The notes beneath the pieces were generated by a model. The model saw only the letters and a list, made by a program, of their open reading frames with translations, searched no databases and had not been told where the DNA came from. A stretch of 64,000 nt of DNA from Candidatus Poribacteria bacterium. Lineage in GTDB: Bacteria > Poribacteria > WGA-4E > WGA-3G. The translations under genes were made by a program, and so were the position numbers. Positions 48,067 through 59,700 of the stretch are shown one piece after another. Location of the stretch: positions 3,456,001-3,520,000 of the forward strand of contig CAXXLX010000001.1 of assembly GCA_963665235.2 (NCBI GenBank), written 5' to 3'. Within the stretch, counting starts at the first letter, position 1; each line of letters begins with the position of its first letter.

Positions 48067-51000
48067 ATGAAAAACAGTGATGTTGAACTGATAGAACGCG
48101 TCCTCACAGGCGATGAAGCGGCGTTTACCGCATTGGTAAAAAGATATCAGAAACCTGTGCACACGCTCGCTTGGCGGAAGGTAGGCGATTTTCATATCGC
48201 TGAAGAGATTACGCAGGATACTTTTCTCAAGGCGTATCAAAAACTACATACCTTGAAAGACCCGCATCGGTTTGCGGGATGGTTGTATGTCATCGCAACC
48301 CGCAGATGCCTCGCCTGGCAACGCAAGAAACGGATACAGACACAACCGTTGGCAGATGCCGAGACGACTCTGATTAAGCGAGATGCTTATTCTCAACATG
48401 TTGTGCAAGAACGCGCTAATATTGCGGCGCAGACACAACGTGAAACGGTCGAGAAGTTGCTCGCGAAGTTGAAAGAGAGCGAACGCACGGTGATGACGCT
48501 CCATTACCTCGGCGAAATGACTTGTGAGGAAATTAGCCGATTTTTAGGCGTATCGACAAGTACGATAAAAAGTCGACTTCGGCGTGCGCGACAACGTTTG
48601 CAAAAGGAGGAGACAATGATTAGAGAGGCACTTGAACATTTTCAGATTTCACCGACCCTGACCGATACGATAATGTGTGAGGTTGCACGCCTCAAACCGG
48701 GGGCACCTTCCGGGAGCAAGCCTTTGATGCCGTGGGCGATAACTGCTGCAAGTGCTGTTTTGCTTGTGTTTATGCTTGGCATCGGGAGTCAAAACTTACT
48801 AAGATTTCAGACCCCTTACAGTCTAGATGTGCAGGCTGATATGACAGTAGATATTATCGAGGCACCTGTTGTGCTGAACCTTGAAGTGAAACCGGATGTT
48901 CGGCGTCAGTTTGGCAATCTGAATGCGCTGGGTGAAAGCGATAATAGTGGTCAGAAACCGGATGACGTTTTATTGGCTGCTGCGCAGGCGGAAGGGGAGG
49001 ACGTTTCTGTTCCCAAACAGCAGTGGATTCAGTCAAAGCCTACTGCGGGAACTATGGTAGAAGGTTTGCTTGCAACTTCAGAGGGTGGAGCTTTACGCTC
49101 TTGCTGATAGGACATATCTACAAATTGGAAGACTGATAGTGCAAAAGAGTGGCAACACGTTTTTGATACTACTTTATTGGATACTGACTATGAAGATTGG
49201 CTGATTGGCAGTCCTATGGAAAAAGTGGGACAATACACTCTATATTGATTCCATCTAAGACCTCTTCGCTTCAAAAGATGATGGCAAAACGTGGAACTTA
49301 GTTCACTCAATGGCCGAGAGATCTTTGGTATCGCTTTATGAATTGGTGCTAACAAAACAAGCTTTTTATATCATCTTTTATATAGGTAGCGATATTTTTC
49401 GTTCTGAAGATTCTGGCAAGACATGGGAGGTCATAAATAATCCGATAGGATAGAATTTCCCAGCGAACCTAATCATATTGTCAACGGCCCAGAGACACAG
49501 TATTTGCTTTAGCAAGGACAAGATATGCCCTCTACCGCTTTACCGATGACAGTTGGCAACGTTTGGAATTTCCGGTGTCTGTTGGAAAAATCCGTTCAGT
49601 TGCAGCGGCTAAAGAGAAACTATATGTTGTGGCAGAGGCGAGTGATGATGTGTTAGATTCCGGTAAAGTATCTCAAGGGCAGGAACGTGGTTGGTGGATA
49701 TTTCGCTCGACTGACCTTGGCGATTCGTGGGATGATATAACACCAACAAACGCCTGGCCCGTAAAGGGGTTGCCGCCCCGTCTCCAACTTCTTGCAGTTG
49801 GTGATACACTTCTTGCGATGGAACATGGCATGGTTAGCTCTCCTGATAGTGGAAACACGTGGTTTACATCACAATTATCAAGGGGCCTACTCCTTTAATC
49901 CATCCTGATATAGGTCTTTAAGGCAGCAGCAGTAAACGAAGGTGTTTTTTATGTTAGTGGGAGAAACGGACTGCATCGTTCCACTGATAGTGGTAAATCA
50001 TGGAATCAGATTAATATCACTACGGATAAGAGCAAAGTAGAGACTTTAATCGCGTATAAAAGGCATGATATACCTCCAACGCTCTATGCAAGATATGAAG
50101 GACGGCTCGCAAAAACTTCCGATGAAGGCAAGTCTTGGGATGCTGTTCAAATAGAAATTCCGATGACGGACCCCGATAGAGAAAAACCACCAGATATTAC
50201 GCATATCATCAAATCTGATGGTGTTCTCTACGCAAAAGGGGGTGGCTCTTTTCACAGAAGCAAAACACACGTATATATCGCGTATCTACAGATGGTAATA
50301 TGCTTGTGCCGATTCAAGGCATGCCCATCTTCGACTCACTGGAATCATATATTAAGTCGGACGAAATATTGGATAACCGATTTAACGTGTTAGATAAATC
50401 GGTGCTTGAACAGATGCAAGAGGAGATTCCTGGCGCAACCGACCTCTTCAAACAGCTGATACAAACAGACCAGGAAAATCAGTTTAAACTTTTTAGAACA
50501 GCCCAGCGTGGTCCGTTTGCTATCAGTGGTAACACATTCTATATGGAATACAACTTATAACTATTCCGATGGACTCCCGGAGATACCGAATGGTCAGACA
50601 CCGGTATGGAGGAAACCGGTGAATTGACTCTGGACGTGGCAAGGAAAGAGCCCAAACTATCAGTGTCAGGAAACACCGTCTACATCGGCAAACGGGATGG
50701 CACCCTCCATCAATCTTTTGATAGTGGGCATACTTGGAAAGATATTCCTTTGGATTTTATGTTTGCTAAGCCTGTTGAGATTTTCAAAGCACTTGTGTTT
50801 GCGGGGCCCAAGGTATATGTAGCAACGGACATAGGTGTCGCCGCGTCAGATGATGGTAGACATTGGTATCCTCTAACCGATGCAGCAGGGACAAATCTTA
50901 CCATGGAGCACTTGGCAGTTGATGGGAACAACGGTTTATGGTGTTACCAAAGGATACAGGTATCTATCGCTTGGAAAGCGGGACTTGGGAACAGGTTGTT

Positions 51001-51102
51001 TCAGAGGTGCCTGATGACGTGACTTCTCTTGCTGTTGATGGTGACACGTTATACGTAGGCACACAAAGCAACGGTATGCTTCATTTCAATTTTGAAAAAT
51101 AG
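48067..51102 (+). pseudogene. ECF sigma factor-TM-BNR/Asp-box propeller fusion (ECF-2), many frameshifts after about 49085
   Basis: Intact sigma and TM; downstream fragments (WWIFRSTDLGDSW, GPFAISG, GMLHFNFEK*) are collinear with ECF-4. Confidence 0.85.
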
Positions 51103-51175
51103 CATGTTTTGTCTGGGCGGAGCGATGGGTTTCCGCCCATGTCCCTCCATAAAAATATCTCTTTTTTCGGAATTA

Positions 51176-51205
51176 TGCACCACTTTTGCTGCTAACTCGC
51201 GTCAC
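51176..51205 (+). promoter_or_regulatory. ECF-type promoter upstream of ECF-3
   Basis: TGCACC-N18-CGTCAC. Confidence 0.65.
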
Positions 51206-51255
51206 TATAGGTTGAAATAAAATTATTGGGATTATCCCTTTTCTGGAGGCACTTG

Positions 51256-52839
51256 ATGAAAAACAGTGATGTTCAACTGATAGAACGCGTCCTCTCAGGC
51301 GATGAAACGGCGTTTACCGAATTGGTGGAAAAATATCAGAAACCGGTGCACACGCTCGCCTGGCGGAAAATAGGTGATTTTCATATCGCTGAAGAGATTA
51401 CGCAGGATACTTTTCTCAAGGTGTATCAAAAACTACATACCTTGAAAGACCCGCACCGGTTTGCGGGCTGGCTGTATGTCATCGCAACCCGCAGATGCCT
51501 CGCCTGGCAACGCAGAAAACGGATACAGACACAACCGTTGGCAGATGCCGAGACAACCCCGATTAAGCGAGATGCTTATTCCCAACATATTGTGGAACAA
51601 CGCGCGGAGACAACTGCCGAGGTGCAGCGCGAAGTTGTGAAAAAGCTGCTGGTAAAACTCCCGGAGAGTGAGCGCACAGTCCTTATGCTCCGTTACTTCA
51701 GCGAGATGTCTAGTGCAGAAATCGGGGAGTTCTTAGGCGTATCCGCAAATACGATTAGAAGCCGGCTCCGCAGGGCACAGCAACGTTTACAAAAAGAGGA
51801 GACAATGATTAGAGAGGCACTCGACCATTTCCAAATTTCACCGACCCTCACCGATACCATAATGCGGGAGGTTGCACGCCTGAAACCGGGGGCACCTTCT
51901 GGGAGTAAACCCCTTGTGCCGTGGGCGATTGCTGCTGCAAGTGCTATTTTGCTTGTGTTGATGCTTGGGATAGACAACCAATATTTAGCGCGTTTTCAGC
52001 AACCCTATAGTTTAGATGCGCAATCCGAAAGAGTAATTGAACTTGTTGACGCGCCTATTGCCCAAAATGTTAAGGCAAAACCGGACGTACGAAACCAACC
52101 GGGGAAACTTTCTGATACAGATGATAGAAATAATGGTGATGGAGAAAAAGCGAATCAGGTTTTAGGTGATGAAGGGGGCTATACTCGGTGGAATTTACCG
52201 GTAGATGCGAAACGGAGGCTAGGGAAAGGGGTATTGAACAATATGCAATTATCACCTGATGGCACACGTCTGGCTGTAGCAAGTTCAATTGGGATATGGC
52301 TCTATGATGCAGACAGTGGAAAAGAACTGGCCCTGTTAACAGGGCATACGGCCGAGGTCTTGAGCGTGGCGTTCAGTCCAGATGGAAAAACACTCGCAAG
52401 TGGGAGTTTCGATTCTACTATTCGTTTATGGGATGTGCAGACAGGAGAACTCCTCAAAACCCTTATAGAACATACAAATGTTGTCTTTAGCCTGGCTTTC
52501 AACCCGGATGGCAAAACACTTGCAAGTGGGAGTCATGATGGTCTCATCCACCTGTCGGATGTGCAGACAGGTCGGATCCTTAAAACCACAGAACATACAG
52601 ATTGGGTTATGAGTGTGGCATTCAGTCCAGATGGAAAGACACTCGCAAGTGGGAGTAAGGATAGCACCATTCAACTATGGGATACAGAGACAAATAGAGT
52701 CCAACAAATTTCCGTGGGTCATACGAGCTGGGTTACAAGCGTGGCGTTCAGTCCAGATGGAAAAACGCTCGTAAGCGGGAGTAGAGATGGCACGCTACTG
52801 TTATGGGAAATTACGCTTGACGCAACCCAACTTAAGTAA
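51256..52839 (+). CDS. ECF sigma factor-TM-WD40 fusion (ECF-3, short)
   Basis: GGAGG RBS; sigma2/sigma4, TM, GH...VAFSPDGKTLASGS...LWD repeats. Confidence 0.9.
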   Translation: MKNSDVQLIERVLSGDETAFTELVEKYQKPVHTLAWRKIGDFHIAEEITQDTFLKVYQKLHTLKDPHRFAGWLYVIATRRCLAWQRRKRIQTQPLADAETTPIKRDAYSQHIVEQRAETTAEVQREVVKKLLVKLPESERTVLMLRYFSEMSSAEIGEFLGVSANTIRSRLRRAQQRLQKEETMIREALDHFQISPTLTDTIMREVARLKPGAPSGSKPLVPWAIAAASAILLVLMLGIDNQYLARFQQPYSLDAQSERVIELVDAPIAQNVKAKPDVRNQPGKLSDTDDRNNGDGEKANQVLGDEGGYTRWNLPVDAKRRLGKGVLNNMQLSPDGTRLAVASSIGIWLYDADSGKELALLTGHTAEVLSVAFSPDGKTLASGSFDSTIRLWDVQTGELLKTLIEHTNVVFSLAFNPDGKTLASGSHDGLIHLSDVQTGRILKTTEHTDWVMSVAFSPDGKTLASGSKDSTIQLWDTETNRVQQISVGHTSWVTSVAFSPDGKTLVSGSRDGTLLLWEITLDATQLK

Positions 52840-52868
52840 AGGAGAATTATTCTAGAACGATAATCTAA

Positions 52869-53625
52869 TACCATTTCTAATTGAAAATGTCTCTTGATTG
52901 TAGCATAAACTTCCAGTTTGTGCGCTTTATCGTAGCATAAACTTCCAGTTTGTGCGCTTTATCGTAGCATAAACTTCCAGTTTGTGCTTTATCGTAGCAT
53001 AAACTTCCAGTTTGTGCGCTTTATCGTAGCATAAACTTCCAGTTTGTGCTTTATTGTAGCATAAACTTCCAGTTTGTGCTTTATTGTAGCATAAACTTCC
53101 AGTTTGTGCGCTTTATCGTAGCATAAACTTTTAGTTTGTGCGCTTTATCGTAGCATAAACTTTTAGTTTGTGCGCTTTATCGTAGCATAAACTTTTAGTT
53201 TGTGCGCTTTATCGTAGCATAAACTTTTAGTTTGTGCGCTTTATCGTAGCATAAACTTTTAGTTTGTGCGCTTTATCGTAGCATAAACTTTTAGTTTGTG
53301 CGCTTTATCGTAGCATAAACTTTTAGTTTGTGCGCTTTATCGTAGCATAAACTTTTAGTTTGTGCGCTTTATCGTAGCATAAACTTCCAGTTATCGTGCT
53401 TTTAGTTTGTGCGCTTTATCGTAGCATAAACTTTTAGTTTGTGCGCTTTATTAGCATAAACTTTTAGTTTGTGCTTTATTGTAGCATAAACTTCCAGTTT
53501 GTGCTTTATTGTAGCATAAACTTCCAGTTTGTGCTTTATTGTAGCATAAACTTCCAGTTTGGGTCCTCCGTTCTCCGTTTCATTTCTAACAACCGGTAAT
53601 GATAGAATAATTAATAAAAATGGTA
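52869..53625. mobile_element. MITE-A copy 3 with 21 tandem 30-32-bp GTAG hairpin units
   Basis: Same TIRs and unique arms as copy 2; flanks TAA (left) and TTA (right). Confidence 0.85.
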
Positions 53626-54147
53626 TTAGATATCGGCTGCTATACCGCGTCGATGTCCCGCAAAGTGGCGGGTGCCGCTGCGAATAAACTGTTTTTGAAT
53701 CCGATTTCGGTAAAAGCAAACGGAAAAATCGGGCCTACGGGGGTAGACCACATCGCTGCGGCAACGCTCAAATTTGAGAACGACATCGTTGCAGAAATAA
53801 GCACCGCCGTGGAATGTAATATCGGAAGTGGTGTCACTATCTTCGGGTCTGGCGGGACTATCACGATGCCATCGCCGTGGGTGCCATCTTCGCGTTGCAG
53901 AGGGGCGCGGACTCCCCTGCCGTTAGATGCGACTTTTCCGCCGAACCAGATTGTACTTCACTCCTATCAACGGGGAGAATCCTCCGAGATAACCGTTGAA
54001 GTGGACCGTGACCTTTTCACTTACGAAGCCGATATGGTCGCCAATCATATTGCTGACCGACAAGCCCCGGCTATGTCCTGGGATGATACGTTGGGGAATA
54101 TGCAGCTGTTAGACGCTTGGCGTGAAGAGATAGGCGTTGTTTATTGA
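53626..54147 (+). pseudogene. C-terminal half of a Gfo/Idh/MocA oxidoreductase
   Basis: LDIGCY...GPTGVD...IFGSGGTI...DTLGNMQLLDAWR; the Rossmann N-terminal half is absent. Confidence 0.75.
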
Positions 54148-54161
54148 CGTTAAGGAAGAAG

Positions 54162-54438
54162 ATGAGAAGCACTATGTTAGCAATCTGTTACGACTCATAT
54201 TCTGGAACATTAGGCAAATTTAGTCGTGCCGAGATTTTTGAACTTGTCGCCGAAGCAGGTTACGAAGGTATTAACATTCCCGTGAATTCCGCTTTTCTTG
54301 GTGACCTTTTTCGCAAGGGGCTTAAAGGCGATAGGTTTTTCGGGCCCGCTTGTCGTTCAATATAGGATGGAAGATGTGGCGAGTATAAAACGGAGTTGTG
54401 AATTTACGCGGAAGTTTCGAGAGATGATACAGATGTAA
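54162..54438 (+). pseudogene. Sugar-phosphate isomerase/epimerase (TIM barrel) with large internal deletion
   Basis: N-terminal ELVAEAGYEGINI joined out of frame to C-terminal GLKAIGFSGPLVVQY...*. Confidence 0.6.
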
Positions 54439-54532
54439 CCGTGCTATACATCAAGAGGAGACATTACCAAATACAATCCCCTTTTATCCTATAAATCCTG
54501 GTTCAAACAATGAACAAACAAAGGAGCATTTT

Positions 54533-55630
54533 ATGAAAAAATATTTTCATCTATTATCAATAGTTATGCTTGTCAGCTGTCTTGCGATTGCCTTCAGTGG
54601 TTGTGGTGAGACAGAAGGAACGGTGTCGTTTACCAAAGCAATTCCTGCAGATGGCAGCACTATCCAAACAGATACGGAGATTATCGTTACTTTTGATGGC
54701 ACCCCCACAGGACTGAAAGCGAATAACGGTAATTTATCCCTCTCTGGTGTAAAGGCGACAATAAAAGGTCCTTTTACTACAGGCACGTTGGAGCTTGTCC
54801 TCACGTGGGATGATGGTACTACTTCACTTACCTACACTGTTGCAGCATCCGAACCCGAGGAACCTGATATTCCGCCACCCCCCGAGGGTATGGTCCTCAT
54901 CCCTGCCGGTGAATTTCGGATGGGAGGGAGTGAGCACAATGAGAAACCTGTCCATTCTGTCTATGTAGATGCGTTTTACATGGATAAGTACGAGATCACC
55001 AACGCACAATATGCTGAGTTTCTCAATGCTAAAGGTAAACATGCTGAGGGGGATATCACTTGGTCTCTTGGTGAGCCTCCTTCTCGAATTGAGTTCGTAT
55101 CCGATAAGTATCGTGCGAAAGCAGGGTATGGGAATCACCCTGTGACATACGTGAGTTGGTATGGTGCGATGGCTTACGCGGAGTGGGCGGAGAAACGGCT
55201 GCCGACAGAAGCGGAGTGGGAGAAGGCTGCACGTGGTGGTTTGATCGGTCTAACCTACCCGTGGGGCAACACCATAGATTCTACTAACGCGAACTACAAT
55301 AGGCATATTGACGATACCACGGCAGTCGGTAAATATACTGCCAATGGGTACGGTTTATTCGATATGGCGGGTAACGTTTGGGAGTGGTGCTTGGATGAGT
55401 ATAACGCCAATTTCTATTCGGTTTCTCCTGCTCGGAATCCGTTGTCGGGTGCGAATAGTATCGAAGAATTAATAAATAATTATCAAAATGTGAAAAACCC
55501 CCGCGTTTTGCGTAGTGGCTCCTGGTTCGATACGGAGCAAGTCGTGCGGAGTGCCTTTCGCTACGGCCTTACGCCTACGTACTTGCACTTCCCCAACGGT
55601 TTTCGTTGTGTGAGGGCTGTAACGCCTTAA
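54533..55630 (+). CDS. Lipoprotein with Ig-like domain and FGE-sulfatase (SUMF1/EgtB/PvdO) domain
   Basis: Lipobox AFSGC; MVLIPAGEFRMG, RLPTEAEWEKAARGG, DMAGNVWEW, GFRCV. Confidence 0.92.
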   Translation: MKKYFHLLSIVMLVSCLAIAFSGCGETEGTVSFTKAIPADGSTIQTDTEIIVTFDGTPTGLKANNGNLSLSGVKATIKGPFTTGTLELVLTWDDGTTSLTYTVAASEPEEPDIPPPPEGMVLIPAGEFRMGGSEHNEKPVHSVYVDAFYMDKYEITNAQYAEFLNAKGKHAEGDITWSLGEPPSRIEFVSDKYRAKAGYGNHPVTYVSWYGAMAYAEWAEKRLPTEAEWEKAARGGLIGLTYPWGNTIDSTNANYNRHIDDTTAVGKYTANGYGLFDMAGNVWEWCLDEYNANFYSVSPARNPLSGANSIEELINNYQNVKNPRVLRSGSWFDTEQVVRSAFRYGLTPTYLHFPNGFRCVRAVTP

Positions 55631-55702
55631 ATGTTTACTTCTTAACCTCTTATGTCTCCAATCTGCTAAAGCAGTTGTTGGTTTAAGGGTGTTTTTGTTT
55701 AT

Positions 55703-55732
55703 AGGCGGGGTTTTGGTGCCTCGCCTTTTTTT
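55703..55732 (+). terminator. Rho-independent terminator
   Basis: AGGCGGGG-N8-CCTCGCCT followed by a T run. Confidence 0.7.
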
Positions 55733-55810
55733 ATGCTGCTGGTGGAGGGGCCATGCCTGACCTGTTTGGAAAAAATGGAAATTGCCAACTCCAAAACGAC
55801 TTATGGCGTT

Positions 55811-55837
55811 CTATAAACATATCGCCCCGCTGGGGCT
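55811..55837 (+). repeat. Repeat family C single copy
   Basis: Identical to 34599-34625. Confidence 0.85.
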
Positions 55838-56185
55838 GCGGTTTTGCCTGAAAAGCGGGCTGCTCCCCCAAATACTGTGCCTATTTTCTACAAGTTGTCC
55901 TTGTGTGAGAAACAGTGAGAAAAATGGGAAATGCTTTGGAAATCTGGCATCAGTCTCACAGATAGTGTCCAAACTATAGTATAAAATTAGCAGATTTTGT
56001 CGGGCAGTGTTAATGCTGCTCTTCCTACCTCTATGCTCTTTTTCCTCCAAAAATTTCTGTTTTTTGCAGAATTAACCCAAGTTGCTACTTATAAGTTTTT
56101 AGACCTGGAAACACCGTCTTTAATGAAAATATGCTGATAATTAGGTAATATTTGTAGCGTCCACTTTTAGTTTGCACACAAATAT

Positions 56186-56678
56186 GCACAATCTGGAAGA
56201 TTATGCTACTATGTGCACAATCTGGAAGATTATGCTACTATGTGCACAATCCGGAAGATTATGCTACTATGTGCACAATCCGGAAGATTATGCTACTATG
56301 TGCACAATCCGGAAGATTATGCTACTATGTGCACAATCTGGAAGATTATGCTACTATGTGCACAATCCGGAAGATTATGCTACTATGTGCACAATCCGGA
56401 AGATTATGCTACTATGTGCACAATCCGGAAGATTATGCTACTATGTGCACAATCCGGAAGATTATGCTACTATGTGCACAATCCGGAAGATTATGCTACT
56501 ATGTGCACAATCTGGAAGATTATGCTACTATGTGCACAATCCGGAAGATTATGCTACTATGTGCACAATCTGGAAGATTATGCTACTATGTGCACAATCC
56601 GGAAGATTATGCTACTATGTGCACAATCCGGAAGATTATGCTACTATGTGCACAATCCGGAAGATTATGCTACTATGT
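56186..56678 (-). repeat. 17 x 29-bp tandem GTAG hairpin array
   Basis: Unit GCACAATCyGGAAGATTATGCTACTATGT, no spacers. Confidence 0.95.
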
Positions 56679-56697
56679 GGCAACTTAGGTAGAATTA

Positions 56698-56726
56698 TGA
56701 GACTTTTTTACTTGAAGTAGCGTCAC
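56698..56726 (+). promoter_or_regulatory. ECF-type promoter upstream of ECF-4
   Basis: TGAGAC-N17-CGTCAC. Confidence 0.6.
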
Positions 56727-56772
56727 TATATGTTGATGCGAAATGATAAATTCCCTTTTTCGGAGGTATCCG

Positions 56773-59700
56773 ATGAAAAATGTTGATGCTGACCTGATTC
56801 AACGTGTCCTGGATGGGGACGATACTGCGTTTTCTGTGCTTGTCCAAAAATATCAGAAGTCTGTTCACGCGCTGGCGTGGCGGAAGATTGGAGATTTCCA
56901 CATCGCTGAGGACATCACACAGGAAACATTCCTAAAGGCATATCAGAACCTTTCAACACTGAAAGAATCACAGTCTTTTGCGAGTTGGCTTTATGTGATA
57001 GCAGCGAACCACTGCAACTCGTGGCTTCGTAAGAAACGTTTGCGTACGCAGTCGTTGGAAGAGACAAGCAGTGCGGAGTTGGAAAAAGCAACGTATTCCA
57101 GCTATATAATTGCAGAAAACGAACGTGCATCGGCAGAAGCACAACGTGAAGTTGTCAAGAGGTTGCTTGCGAAGTTATCAGAGAGTGACCGCACGGTCAT
57201 CACGCTTTACTACCTCGGGGGAATGACGTATGAAGAGATAAGTAAGTTTTTAGGAGTATCGGTAAGTTCGATTAAGAATCGGCTTTACCGTGCACGCCAG
57301 CAGTTAAAAAAGGAGGAACCCATGATTAGAGAGGCTTTAGAGAATTTCCAAATTTCACCGGCCCTCACCGATACGATAATGGGGGAGGTGGCACGCCTGA
57401 AACCTGCTGCGCCTTCCGGGAGTAAACCACTTGTGCCGTGGGCGATTGCTGCTGCAAGTGCCGTTTTGCTTGTGTTCATGCTTGGTATAGGCAGCCAACA
57501 TCTATCGCGCTTCCAGCGACCTTATAGTTTGAACGCGCAGGCTGATATGACTGTAGACATTATCGAGGCACCCGTTGTGCTAAACCTTGAAGTGAAACCG
57601 GATGTTCGGCATCAGTTTGGAAATCCGAATGCACTTGGTGAAAGCGATAACAGTGGTCAGAAACCTGATGACGTTTTATTGCCTGCCGCGCAGGCGGATG
57701 GAGAAGACGTTTCAGTTCCCAAACAGCAGTGGATTCAGGCTGAACCTATCAAAGGCAGCCCAGTCATGAGTATCATGGGAACACCTGAAGGCGATGTATA
57801 CGCCCTTGGTGAGGAACTAAGTTTCTATAAATTACCTGCCGATGGAAAGCAGTGGCAACATATCTCTGACCTGGGTCCCCTGGATACTTGGTGGACAACA
57901 AACCCGCCTATTGCAAAGTGGAAAAATACCCTTTACATGGTACCATCTAACGAACTCTATGCTTCAATGGATGATGGGAAGACCTGGGATGTAGTCCACT
58001 TTTGGCCGGAAGAAGAATATTGGAATCCGATTGAATTGGTGCTAACAGAGGATGTGTTTTATGTTGCTTTTACAAGCGGGATTTTGCGTTCTGAGGATGA
58101 AGGTAAAACATGGAGCGCAATGAATAAAGAATTGGGAAGAATTAGCTCCTTAGCCAAGATTCAGCATGTTCTTTTTACTGCAACAGACACTGGACTCTAC
58201 CGCTTCAATCCAGCTCTTGAGATTTGGGAACGCTTAGAGTTTCCTACCCCTACAATAGGGAAGATTCTTTCAGTCACAGCGGCCGAAGGTAAGTTGTATG
58301 TTGCGGCAGAGTTTAATTGGGATGGACCGGTAGAGCCTCGTAAAATAGAACAGGGACTGGAACGGGGTTGGTGGATATTCCGCTCAACTGACCTTGGAGA
58401 CTCCTGGGTAGATATAACGCCGACACATGCTTGGCCCGTAAAGGGGTGGCCACCCGAAATCAAACTTATTGCTGTAGGTGAAACACTCCTGGCGATGGAA
58501 AATGGTATGATTCGTTCTACTGATGGGGGAGATACATGGATGCCTCCACAGACACCCGGCACCTCCCCTTCAACGCTTAATTGGTCGCCTGTTGTGGTGT
58601 TAAACGAGCGGACTTTTTATGTACGTAGCCGAAACGGTCTCCATCTTTCTACTGATGGAGGCAAATCATGGGACAAGGTAAATATACCCGGGGAGAAGCC
58701 GGAGCCAATAGACAATTTAATCGTCCATCACGGAGGGGATAAAGAGCAAAAAACGCCTTCGACCCTCTACGCGACATTTGGGACGATATTTGGGACGACA
58801 TTTGGACTTGGACAGGGAGAAATTGCAGAAACGACCGACAAGGGCAAATCTTGGAAAACTATTCAGATGGATATACCAATGGGAACACCTAAAAGAGCAG
58901 CACAACCAGGTATTAGTCAGATAGCCAAATCTGGTAGTGTCCTTTATGCCAAAGGTAAAATTCCAGGTAACATAAATAACGGTTTCTATCGTGTATCTGA
59001 TGACAATAGGCTTGTACCGCTTCAAGAAATACCTATCTTTGACACAAGGTCATTAAAAAATCAGTTGCTATTTATGGAAAATCTTTCTCTTGAACAGTGG
59101 CAGGAACATTTTTCTGGCGCAACCCAATTCTTCAAACAGTTAGCACAAGGAGATGTTCAGCAAGATAGAGTACGTCTCGAAAAACTTATCCGTCTGGGGT
59201 TTCGAGGGCCTTTTGCTGTTAGTGATGGGACATTCTATGTGGAATATCGTTTTAAACTCTTCCGATGGAAGCCGGGTGAGACAGAATGGTACGACACCGG
59301 ACAGGAAGAAACTGTTGAATTGACTCCGTACATAATAAGGCAAGAGCTTAAACTTGCCGCTTCAGGGGACACTGTCTACGTTGGAAAACGGGATGGACAT
59401 CTCGTCGTATCGTTTGATAGGGGAACCAATTGGATGCGTCTTACGTCAGCACTGCCGTTTTCATTTCGAACTTTCAAAGAGATTGTATTTGCAGGGGGCA
59501 CGGTGTATGTAGCGACAGACACGGGAGTTGCTACATCAAAGGATGGAAAGAATTGGCATCCCGTCACTGATGCACAGGGCAGAAATCTCGGCATGGAGCA
59601 TTTGGCTGTTGATGGTGAAACGGTTTATGGCGCACCGGTGAGGACAGGTGTCTATCGTTTAGAAAACGACATTTGGGAACAGGTCGTTTCAGAGATTCCT

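Noticed and set aside
52900-53560. CRISPR array interpretation of the hairpin arrays (also 13605-13905 and 56186-56678)
   Set aside because: Linkers are only 5-8 bp and repetitive, there are no unique spacers and no cas genes
56172-56720. Three overlapping repetitive ORFs in all + frames
   Set aside because: Consequence of a stop-free 29-bp tandem unit; no RBS support
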